Notes under the pieces: model-generated
What the model was told of the DNA's origin: nothing
The model's database searches: none
What the model saw: the letters and a program-made list of their open reading frames with translations, nothing else
Source of the DNA: Silvanigrellaceae bacterium
GTDB lineage: Bacteria > Bdellovibrionota_B > Oligoflexia > Silvanigrellales > Silvanigrellaceae
Direction: 5' to 3'
Assembly (NCBI GenBank): GCA_049423385.1
Contig: JBMSQQ010000096.1
Coordinates: 1-12,974, forward strand
DNA: 12,974 nucleotides
In this document: piece by piece, positions 1-7,309 of the stretch
Numbering within the stretch: position 1 is the first letter of the stretch
Layout of the letters: the number at the start of each line of letters is the position of its first letter
Program-made: the position numbers and the translations under genes

Positions 1-790
1 ACGAGAAGTCTTTTAATCAGTAAGAACTTTCTCACCTATGAACTTTTCAAAGAACACTGCTCCGTTACCGGAGCGCTCGGGGTGGTATCACCGGGGACAA
101 AGGTCGTCAATGGTGAGTTGAGAAAAACTGGAAAGGCCATTTCAAGCCCTTGCGGGACTTCATTTTATCCCAATCATTCTGGCATACTAAGAACAATTGT
201 TCACCACTCATCTGGCCATCCGGACCTGCACAAACGTGAGCCTCCGGAATCGGGTGATTCGTCGCCACCTCATCGAGGTTCCCATGCGCTCGCGATTTTC
301 CTCGAAGCATTCCATTTTTTGGGTTTTGCCTCTGCAGGCCGGGCTTTGCAGTCAAGAGCGAGGTTTTTGCTGAATTTGCGACCTCTTTTATGAAGCTTCA
401 AGACAGCAGCGACAGTGAAAGCGGAAAAATTTATGCGTCCCTCTTCTTCAACCCTTATTTTTATGATGTGCATCTTGCCGATCTGGCAGACACCTTGAAC
501 AATTCAAATCAGGTTCTTCAAAAAAAGAAGAGCACCGCGGCATTGAGTGATTCAATGAATTTGATGACCAGCTTGAAGGGTATATCCAGATTGATTTCCT
601 GCGCGGAGAAACAGACTCGGAGAATTACACCTTGGCTTTTCCATACTCCTGGAATCCAACCCTCTCCACTGAGCTCGGAATTGAATTCGCAACGACCGCC
701 TCTTCAAACACCTGGAGTATTTTGATTGCGGTCAGCACCTCTCTTGGGGAATCAACCGAGAACGTTAGAGCTGAAAGCCAAAGCCAATGA
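1..790 (+). pseudogene. Probable frameshifted coding region (3' part of an unknown gene; pseudogene or assembly indels)
   Basis: No frame on either strand is open across the region. Frame +1 is open 1-393, frame +3 is open 258-725 (…KIYASLFFNPYFYDVHLADLADTLNN…), and frame +2 is open 551-790 (FNEFDDQLEGYIQIDFLRGETDSENYTLAFPYSWNPTLSTELGIEF…*). These protein-like segments could be joined by single-base insertions. Two short intact ORFs (<1..393 and 390..725, ATGA overlap) are an alternative reading. Confidence 0.35.
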
Positions 791-1460
791 GGGCTTCCTG
801 TTCGTGTGGCTCGGTTTTGGGAAACTTGAGAAAGTAAAAATTGTATTCAACCGTCGCGGTGAATGCTTTCAAAAGACGTGCGTTGAAGCCGGCCGTTGCC
901 ATCGCGTTGTAGCGAATCGGATCATGAATGGACGTTTTGGTGTTGGTCGCATTGTCGGTGACGTTCACGAAGCGTTCGCGCGCCCTGACCCCCGCACCAA
1001 TGTTCAGGCGTAAAAAGTTTCCAAGTCGGGGCTGCATCGTCAACTTTGCCTGACCCACCCTTTGCTCTTCACTGTATTTATAGGTCGCATCCTGTGCGTT
1101 GGGATCAACATTTGCATCGGTTGTGAAATCGATGTCACCATACTCGTCGCGCATGGCAACCGTTTTTCGGGTTTGGTCGAGTTTGTTTGTTCCGCCTTGG
1201 ATCTGAAGATGAAAAAGCCTTGAGAGCTTCACGCTCAAGCGAAGGCCATATGTGGTTCTTTGGGCGACGCTCTCTTCAGTGGCTTCCGTGGTGGAGGCCT
1301 TCTTGCCAACCTGGCTCGGCTTGATCGCCTTGGTCGAGCTCACGGATGCATAAGGGACAATCTGGATTGCTCCTGCAGCCAAAGCCGTTTCGCTGACGCC
1401 CGACAACATGCCAACAAGAATACTCAAAATCGATACTCTGGCTGCCATTTTGAAGCTCAT
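765..1460 (-). CDS. Exported protein, probable outer-membrane beta-barrel (231 aa)
   Basis: ATG at 1460 has AGGAGG 8 nt upstream. It has a signal peptide (MSFKMAARVSILSILVGMLSGVSETALA), alternating amphipathic strands (YGLRLSVKL, LRLNIGAGVR, FTATVEYNFY) and a C-terminal beta-signal-like ALIGFGFQL. Confidence 0.75.
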   Translation of the reverse strand: MSFKMAARVSILSILVGMLSGVSETALAAGAIQIVPYASVSSTKAIKPSQVGKKASTTEATEESVAQRTTYGLRLSVKLSRLFHLQIQGGTNKLDQTRKTVAMRDEYGDIDFTTDANVDPNAQDATYKYSEEQRVGQAKLTMQPRLGNFLRLNIGAGVRARERFVNVTDNATNTKTSIHDPIRYNAMATAGFNARLLKAFTATVEYNFYFLKFPKTEPHEQEALIGFGFQL

Positions 1461-1487
1461 GGCATGTCCCTCCTGAATTTGACTCAG

Positions 1488-1515
1488 GTATCGGCAAGGA
1501 GTGACCGAATACTGA
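1488..1515 (-). promoter_or_regulatory. sigma28/FliA-like promoter (TCAG-N16-GCCGATAC)
   Basis: The -10 element GCCGATAC (1495-1488) matches GCCGATAA at 7/8 and lies 27 nt upstream of the ATG at 1460. The -35 match is weaker. Confidence 0.45.
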
Positions 1516-1610
1516 ATGCAGGGCTGCCAAAATGTGGACGGAACCTTTTGACCCAGTTCAGAAATCAGCGGAATATGGAGAGGATAGAAAATGGGTTCAG
1601 GGGCGATACA

Positions 1611-2585
1611 TTGAGTAGAATTGTATTTTGCGACAGCGATCTTCGCGCCAAACTGCATTACGCCCACATCGATGCGATCGAATTGGGGGCCAATGATTGC
1701 AGCTTTGAATTTATTGAAGATCAGCCCACATCAGCCATTTGCCACGAAATGCAGGAAGACCAGGAGTGCTTCTACATCGTTGACCCCGTCGGACTCCTGA
1801 ACGCCGTTCAAAAATTCGGCTTGAAATTGGACCACCGCACAATTGTTCTCATGTCTGAAAAAGACAATTCAATTCTTGCTCCCATTGCTCCTCTTCTTGG
1901 GAATCTGCGTTACGTTCTGGGCGCTCCCAATCCATCCTTGTTGCGTGGTTTCGTCGCCTCGGCTCTGGAGTTTGAACTCAGCAAGCAGATCCGGGGCATT
2001 GTTCCGCGCCTTTTGAATCCGCACGGATTGCAGTCACGCTCGATCGTTTTGAAAGACATTGCGATACGCTCGAAGGTTCAGGAGTCGGTTGTTGAGTTTT
2101 TTGCCGAGCAATTGCAGATACACAAGTCTTCACTCGTTTCCGGCATCAACAGCTACCCTAAATACATGGGCGACGTGGTCGATGAATTTCTGATGAATGC
2201 CATCTGGGACGCGCATCCCACCCGCAGAATTGCCGACCGTTCAATTCCACCGCACCTGGATGAGGGAGAGCAGATTGAAGTTGATTGCCAGTGCGACGGT
2301 GCCAATCTGACCTTGTCGGTCACTGATCATCATGGAACTTTTCCTGCCTCTGCTTTCGGCAAACCGGTTCGGTATGCACTGGGCTTCAAGGATGAGCCTC
2401 AATTGAATGAGGGCCCCGGTGGCGCAGGCCTTGGACTCCTCATGACCCTTCAGAAGGTCGCAGCCCTTTCCATCGAAGTGGAAGCTGGCCAGATTACCCG
2501 CTCTGTGGCACTCTTGCGGGGGGATCAGCCGCTGCGCGAGATGCAACGGCGTCCGCGTTCTGTGTTGATTTTCGAAAAGAGATAA
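1611..2585 (+). CDS. GHKL/HATPase_c-domain protein, RsbW/anti-sigma-factor Ser-kinase-like, with an unrecognised N-terminal domain
   Basis: N-box VDEFLMNAIWDA, D-box LSVTDHHG and G2-box GGAGLGL are present, with no HisKA H-box. Start is uncertain: TTG 1611 has AGGGG 7 nt upstream, and ATG 1575 is the alternative. Confidence 0.75.
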   Translation: MSRIVFCDSDLRAKLHYAHIDAIELGANDCSFEFIEDQPTSAICHEMQEDQECFYIVDPVGLLNAVQKFGLKLDHRTIVLMSEKDNSILAPIAPLLGNLRYVLGAPNPSLLRGFVASALEFELSKQIRGIVPRLLNPHGLQSRSIVLKDIAIRSKVQESVVEFFAEQLQIHKSSLVSGINSYPKYMGDVVDEFLMNAIWDAHPTRRIADRSIPPHLDEGEQIEVDCQCDGANLTLSVTDHHGTFPASAFGKPVRYALGFKDEPQLNEGPGGAGLGLLMTLQKVAALSIEVEAGQITRSVALLRGDQPLREMQRRPRSVLIFEKR

Positions 2586-2587
2586 TC

Positions 2588-3577
2588 ATGTTCCAAGACA
2601 ACTCGCATGTTCTCGATCTGCTCGACGCTTTCGAGCGGTTCACGGAGGATTTCCCTTCCGACATTCCATGGTGTGTCGATATCGGACCCAAATCAGCACC
2701 TTTCACAACTGTCATCGGCTCGGCAATTCACGGCAACGAAACCGGAAGCATCCCAGCTGTTTTGGCAATGCTCGGAGAGCTCGCAGAAGACGCCTCGCGC
2801 TTGAAAGGCAGATATTTGTTTTTCATTGGCAACCCAACCGCAGTCCGCGCTGGCACGCGTTTTATCGAGCGTGATCTCAATCGTTGTTTTCAATTGACGG
2901 ATTCTTCGACTCTCGAAGGCAAGCGTTCACACGAGATTGCAAAAGCATTGTCTGCAGCCGACTTGTTCGTCGACTACCACCAAACGAACCAGCCCGCGGT
3001 TTTTCCCTTTTTCACATTTGCTTGGCACGAGGAGTCCTACTTTTGGGCCAGCCATATGCAGGCTGCGCAGCATTTCGTGACGCGAGACATGCGGATTGCA
3101 TTCTCGACGGAAGGAATGTGTGGGGACGAGTGGCTCAGGTCGCGTGGCAAACCAGCAGTCACACTGGAACTGGGCAAGGCTGGATTGTCTCATGATGCGC
3201 ATCAGTTGACTCTCAACAGTCTGCGCCGCGTCATCGGGTTTGTTGAAAATGAATTGGAACACAATCGCAGGCCGATACCTTCGAAACCATCGCCTGCCGA
3301 TGACCTTTTGTTCTTCGAAGTGGCAGCCAAGATTCCCTGGCCCGGAGAAGATGCTTCCCTGCTTCCGGGGTATGAAAATTTTCAACACGTCACCGCCGGA
3401 ACTCTTCTCGGTTTTTCAAGACCCGGCGAAAAGATCCTCAGCCCAATGGATGGATTTTTGATGTTTCCGAAGTACCCCAAACGAGGTCCCGACGGAAAAC
3501 CGATTGATCCACAGGGAGGCGACATCGTGCAGATCATTCGCAAACTGGAAGATCATCCTCGAGTTCTCTGGAACTGA
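2588..3577 (+). CDS. Succinylglutamate desuccinylase/aspartoacylase family Zn hydrolase (M14, AstE/AspA-like)
   Basis: Motifs IHGNE (HxxE Zn ligands), GNP..RFIERDLNR, VDYH (third ligand) and TLELGKAG (catalytic Glu), plus an AstE-type C-terminal segment (ENFQHVTAGTLLG…LMFP). It starts 2 nt after the upstream stop. Confidence 0.88.
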   Translation: MFQDNSHVLDLLDAFERFTEDFPSDIPWCVDIGPKSAPFTTVIGSAIHGNETGSIPAVLAMLGELAEDASRLKGRYLFFIGNPTAVRAGTRFIERDLNRCFQLTDSSTLEGKRSHEIAKALSAADLFVDYHQTNQPAVFPFFTFAWHEESYFWASHMQAAQHFVTRDMRIAFSTEGMCGDEWLRSRGKPAVTLELGKAGLSHDAHQLTLNSLRRVIGFVENELEHNRRPIPSKPSPADDLLFFEVAAKIPWPGEDASLLPGYENFQHVTAGTLLGFSRPGEKILSPMDGFLMFPKYPKRGPDGKPIDPQGGDIVQIIRKLEDHPRVLWN

Positions 3578-3631
3578 TTCAAAGAAAATCGACACAAGCC
3601 GCGGTTTGCCAAGATTCAATTTGGAAACTTG

Positions 3632-4609
3632 TCACGGTGCAACAACCGCTGCGGCTTTTTCAGCGGTTGGCGCTGGATTGCCCTGAGCCTGCTTCTCCTG
3701 CTTGAGCATCAACTCCTGAAATGCTGCATTAGCTTCGGAATTCGAAGCGAGCAGCTCGCCCACCTTCTGCTCCAGCCCCATGCAATACATCAATCGAGCG
3801 AGGAGCACTGTGGCATCATCTCCTTTTTGAGTCTCGGCAAGAACAGCAATTTCGTCGAGCTTTTCCAATTCACCGAGAAAAAGGATTTCCTCCCAGACTT
3901 TTCCCTGCCAATTCGGAAATTGCTCGCGAATCTTTGCAAAGACCGCAAGACACTGTTCATATATGGAAAATTTCCTGAGAAAAAATGCGTATTCGGACAG
4001 CATGCAGAGATCGACTTTCTCGGTCTTCATAAGAGAATCGAATATCGTCATCACCTGTGAGCCCAGGCCCTGCGCATGGCTCAAATGAATTCTTGCCAAA
4101 TCCAACTTTCGCTTGAATCGGACTTCTTTCTTCAATGCAAGAAGTTCATCTTCGGCTGCCTTGAAATCCTTCTTCAGAAAGGAAAGCGCATAACCGTGGG
4201 CGTGCTTGAGATTGATGTCGTCGTTCTTGAACAGCAAAGGCTTGACGACGTCGGCCACCTCGAGATGCTGCACAGGTTTATGAACAACCCCGGCGAATCC
4301 CAGACTCTTGTGACTGCGGGTAAAACCCTTTTCGTCATTGGACACAATCAGGACACACTGCAGTAGCTGATTCCCTGGCATTCGCGCAATCCGCTCGAAA
4401 AGACGCATTCCGTCCTGAAACTTGGGATCGTGATCAATGAACAGGATTGGCAGTTGGCTTGCATACACCACGTTGGAGATATCCACGGGACTCAATGTGC
4501 AAAGCACCTGGTTCAAGCCTATTTTGCCGAGAGACTCGCGGAGTTGGCGGACAATTGCATGATTTCGCTTTTCGTCCGTCAATACGACAGCACGCTGCTG
4601 AATCGACAC
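3632..4609 (-). CDS. Response-regulator receiver-like domain fused to a helical (TPR-like) C-terminal domain
   Basis: GTG start with AGGAG upstream. The REC pattern is visible as VVLTDE, ILFIDHD..FQDG (phospho-Asp position), VLIVS and VVHKPV. The C-terminus is helical and repeat-like (AAEDELLAL, EYAFFLRKFSIYEQCLAVFAKI) with no DNA-binding HTH evident. Confidence 0.72.
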   Translation of the reverse strand: MSIQQRAVVLTDEKRNHAIVRQLRESLGKIGLNQVLCTLSPVDISNVVYASQLPILFIDHDPKFQDGMRLFERIARMPGNQLLQCVLIVSNDEKGFTRSHKSLGFAGVVHKPVQHLEVADVVKPLLFKNDDINLKHAHGYALSFLKKDFKAAEDELLALKKEVRFKRKLDLARIHLSHAQGLGSQVMTIFDSLMKTEKVDLCMLSEYAFFLRKFSIYEQCLAVFAKIREQFPNWQGKVWEEILFLGELEKLDEIAVLAETQKGDDATVLLARLMYCMGLEQKVGELLASNSEANAAFQELMLKQEKQAQGNPAPTAEKAAAVVAP

Positions 4610-4632
4610 GTGGCCACGCTCCTGCGACGTCG

Positions 4633-4651
4633 GGTTGAATGATGTTCAACC
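4633..4651. promoter_or_regulatory. Perfect inverted repeat GGTTGAA-N5-TTCAACC (possible operator or leader hairpin)
   Basis: 7-bp arms seen directly, 23 nt upstream of the GTG at 4609. Confidence 0.35.
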
Positions 4652-4736
4652 TTAGGCCAACTTGAGCAAAATTGCAGGTGATCAATTGTTCGCGTGGTGT
4701 TCAATTCAATGACAGTCAGCTCAAAACGGATGGACT

Positions 4737-5753
4737 TCAGGCATCCGCAACGCAGAGCGACAGTCCCTCTGCCAACACGTCGCGCGGCAAATGGCGACCA
4801 ATAAACACCATTTGAGTTTTTCTTTCCTCGCCTGCCAACCATTCCCGATCGGGGGAACTGCCGACAGTCATGTGAACGCCCTGAAATACAACCCTCAGTG
4901 GATTGTCCTTGATGTTGAGAACGCCCTTGCTTCGCAGAACCTGCTCGCCCAACTCGTTGACAAGCAGCGCCATGAACTTGTTGAGTTTGTCCAGATCGAG
5001 TGGACGTTTTTCCTCGATGTAGATGCTCTGGATTTCGTCGTCGTGTGTGTGATCATGATATTCAACCATGATTGACGGATCGATTTTAACCCTATCCTGC
5101 AGATCGAAAGCGGAAATTCCAAGAACATCCGAAATCGGCAAAGAGCATTTTTGGGTTTTGAAAAGTTTCGCAACGCCATTGATTCCACGAATGGTCTGTT
5201 CAACGTTTTCAATTTTCGCAGCATCCACGAGATCTGTCTTGTTGAGAACAATGACATCAGCGAAGCCGATTTGATCCTGGGTTTCACGCACTGTCTTGAG
5301 ATTCTTTTCGATGTGGAATGCATCGACCACGGTGAGGATCGCATCCAGATAATAATTTCTCTGAAGGTCTTCATCCATGAAGAACGTCTGGGCCACAGGA
5401 CTCGGATCAGCCATACCTGTGGTTTCAATCACAAGATGATCGAAATCGACCTTGTTTTTGAGAAGGTCCTTGGCAACGCGCGTCAGGTCGCCGCGCACAG
5501 TGCAGCAAAGGCAACCGTTGTTCATGACCTTGAGTTCTTCACCGAGCGTTTGCACAACCAACTCGGAGTCGAGGTTGACATCGCCAATTTCATTGAGCAC
5601 CACGGCAATTTTTTTCCCGTGGGATTCGGTCAGCATCCGGTTGAGCAATGTTGTTTTTCCAGATCCCAGAAATCCTGTGACAATTGTCACTGGAATTTCT
5701 TTTCCTCCAACCGATGAATCAGGGTTTTTGGGTGCATTCCGTGTCACAAACAT
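4737..5753 (-). CDS. COG0523 (CobW/P47K, YjiA/ZigA-like) G3E metallochaperone GTPase (338 aa)
   Basis: Walker A GFLGSGKTT, NEIG, metal-binding GCLCC, Walker B IETTG, G4 NKTD, short His tract HDHTHDDE and CobW_C (LRSKG…VFQGVH…MVFIGR). ATG 5753 follows a GGAGG RBS. Confidence 0.95.
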   Translation of the reverse strand: MFVTRNAPKNPDSSVGGKEIPVTIVTGFLGSGKTTLLNRMLTESHGKKIAVVLNEIGDVNLDSELVVQTLGEELKVMNNGCLCCTVRGDLTRVAKDLLKNKVDFDHLVIETTGMADPSPVAQTFFMDEDLQRNYYLDAILTVVDAFHIEKNLKTVRETQDQIGFADVIVLNKTDLVDAAKIENVEQTIRGINGVAKLFKTQKCSLPISDVLGISAFDLQDRVKIDPSIMVEYHDHTHDDEIQSIYIEEKRPLDLDKLNKFMALLVNELGEQVLRSKGVLNIKDNPLRVVFQGVHMTVGSSPDREWLAGEERKTQMVFIGRHLPRDVLAEGLSLCVADA

Positions 5754-5818
5754 AAGGTCCTCCGGGTCAATCCGACCTCCCATAGCCGAGTGTCGGCATT
5801 TGGACAACAGGCATCAGC

Positions 5819-5845
5819 TAAAGTCCGAGGCACAAAAGCCGAATC
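5819..5845 (+). promoter_or_regulatory. sigma28/FliA-like promoter (TAAA-N15-GCCGAATC)
   Basis: TAAAG at 5819, canonical 15-nt spacer, GCCGAATC at 5838-5845, 40 nt upstream of the ATG at 5886. Confidence 0.55.
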
Positions 5846-5885
5846 TGAAGACAGGGAAATGTGAGTCCCAGACAGGGAGGGTCGA

Positions 5886-6191
5886 ATGAAAAAGAATGCA
5901 CTGATTTTGGCTTTTGGCGTGATGTTGGTGGCCCCCGTGACAGTCAGTCTTGCGGCCAGCAACAAGGACCGGATTGGCCTTGGAACCCGCAAAACCGAGT
6001 CGCAAACTCCTCAAGCTACCGAAACCAAACAATATTGCACTGAAACCACTGCAAAGATTCAGCCCGGCAGGGGCAAGGAAGTCAACCAGTCCGACGCTCA
6101 GAGTCAGGTTTGTCAAAGCGCACCGGTGACCCGCTCGGCAGACGAAGTCCGGTCAGAGACACGCAAAGTCGAGAGAGAGCCAAACAACTGA
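5886..6191 (+). CDS. Small secreted hypothetical protein (101 aa)
   Basis: GGGAGG RBS, clear Sec signal peptide (MKKNALILAFGVMLVAPVTVSLA) and a hydrophilic mature region with two Cys. Confidence 0.75.
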   Translation: MKKNALILAFGVMLVAPVTVSLAASNKDRIGLGTRKTESQTPQATETKQYCTETTAKIQPGRGKEVNQSDAQSQVCQSAPVTRSADEVRSETRKVEREPNN

Positions 6192-6209
6192 TCAGTCTGA
6201 ATTTGGTGC

Positions 6210-7166
6210 TCAACCCACCAGACTCTCTTCCCAAGGGAAGATGATCTTTCCCTCTCCCTTCATTTGCAATGCACATTGGCGGAGGCGCTCACAAGCCTCC
6301 GTCTTTTGCTTTTGGGTGATCTTTTTCTCGGGTGCGAGAAGGCACTCGATGTCTTCGCGACGACGCTTTGAAAGACCCGAAAGATAGATATTTTGAACCG
6401 CAACCGGTTCACCACGCAAAAAAGCCCCAATGTCTGAATCCTTCATCTGCGACAGCATCAAAGCCAAATGAGCAGGCAACAATTCGGAAAGCCTTTCAAC
6501 TGAAAGCAAACCTCCTTCGAGAAATTGCGCCAGCGAAGGTTCACGTGCACCAACTTCCGCAAGAATTTGTCCGCGCGTCTCTGAATCGAGCGCTTGAACG
6601 AGCGCAAGAACACGAGCTCCACCGCCGACTCTTTGGCCATATCGCCCTGACGATGTTTTCACGCGCAAGGCCTCGAGATCGGCTTCAAGTTCATCGAGGA
6701 CCATGGCATCAAGAACCTTTTCCTTGGCGAGATTCATCAACACCCGCAATTGTTTCTCTGCAGGAAATTCCCGGAACAACTTCGCCGCCCGATCGGCCTG
6801 GAGGGAGCCCAGCACCGCTGCGGAAACAGATTCAATCTGGGCACTGAGATGATCAACAAGTATCCAATCGGGAATGTCGTCACAAATTTCCTCAACGCGC
6901 GAGTCCCTCGGAAATTCGATACCGGCAAAGGCTTTTCCACGGATCAAATCAGCCGGGCTGATGCGGGTTTCTGTTTTTTTGAATTTGCTTATGAACTCTT
7001 CACAGATCTCTTTCACGTCTGTATCGCTCAGGCGTTTGTCGACAACCAACGAGCGAATGATTTTGGCTTGCTCGGAGCCAGACAACTGCGCGAACAATTG
7101 AGCTGCAAGTTCGTGCCCCAGAAGAGAAAGTACGACCGAAGCCTTGTCTGCCTGTGAAAACCCCAT
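6210..7166 (-). CDS. fliG: FliG-like flagellar motor switch protein, degenerate orphan paralog (318 aa)
   Basis: FliG_N pattern (DKASVVLSLLGHELAAQLFAQLS..EQAKI…ICEEF), middle ARM (AAVLGSLQADRAAKLFREFP..KQLRVLMNLA), GG linker (RVGGGARV) and C-terminal LSKR…EGKI. ATG 7166 has GGAG 6 nt upstream, and TTG 7172 is the alternative. Confidence 0.82.
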   Translation of the reverse strand: MGFSQADKASVVLSLLGHELAAQLFAQLSGSEQAKIIRSLVVDKRLSDTDVKEICEEFISKFKKTETRISPADLIRGKAFAGIEFPRDSRVEEICDDIPDWILVDHLSAQIESVSAAVLGSLQADRAAKLFREFPAEKQLRVLMNLAKEKVLDAMVLDELEADLEALRVKTSSGRYGQRVGGGARVLALVQALDSETRGQILAEVGAREPSLAQFLEGGLLSVERLSELLPAHLALMLSQMKDSDIGAFLRGEPVAVQNIYLSGLSKRRREDIECLLAPEKKITQKQKTEACERLRQCALQMKGEGKIIFPWEESLVG

Positions 7167-7211
7167 GCCCAACTCCGCCTCAAATACCGGTAAAACTCTC
7201 CAACACGGGTT

Positions 7212-7239
7212 TTTTCGGCTGAAACAAGGCGGAAGTTGA
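7212..7239 (-). promoter_or_regulatory. sigma28/FliA-like promoter (TCAA-N16-GCCGAAAA)
   Basis: GCCGAAAA (7219-7212) lies 45 nt upstream of the fliG-like ATG. Its -35 context CTCAACTT is identical to that at 10307-10314. Confidence 0.45.
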
Positions 7240-7268
7240 GCGGCTTTTTAATGTTTGAGGAAGTTGAG
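7231..7268. repeat. 10-bp direct repeat GGAAGTTGAG (7231-7240 and 7259-7268)
   Basis: Exact duplicate with a 28-bp period in the priA-fliG intergenic region. Confidence 0.6.
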
Positions 7269-7309
7269 AAAATCCTGCAAGACCCTCAAAAAAAAGCAAA
7301 ATTCAGCTG

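Noticed and set aside
1260..1667. Apparent 400-nt head-to-head overlap of ORFs 765..1667 (-) and 1260..2585 (+)
   Set aside because: An artefact of longest-ORF calling. The RBS and signal peptide place the starts at 1460 and about 1575/1611, leaving a normal divergent intergenic region.
3578..3631. Possible bidirectional terminator between the M14 gene and the receiver gene
   Set aside because: Only short imperfect stems (AAGCCGCGGTTT, CCAAGATTCAATTTGG), with no convincing stem plus U-tract.
5754..5807. N-terminal extension of the COG0523 ORF to 5807
   Set aside because: A GGAGG RBS directly precedes ATG 5753, and the family homology begins shortly after it.
5754..5885. Riboswitch or Zur box upstream of the COG0523 gene
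   Set aside because: Only small hairpins (GCCGA-GTG-TCGGC), with no cobalamin or c-di-GMP riboswitch core or Zur palindrome recognisable by eye. An Rfam scan would be decisive.
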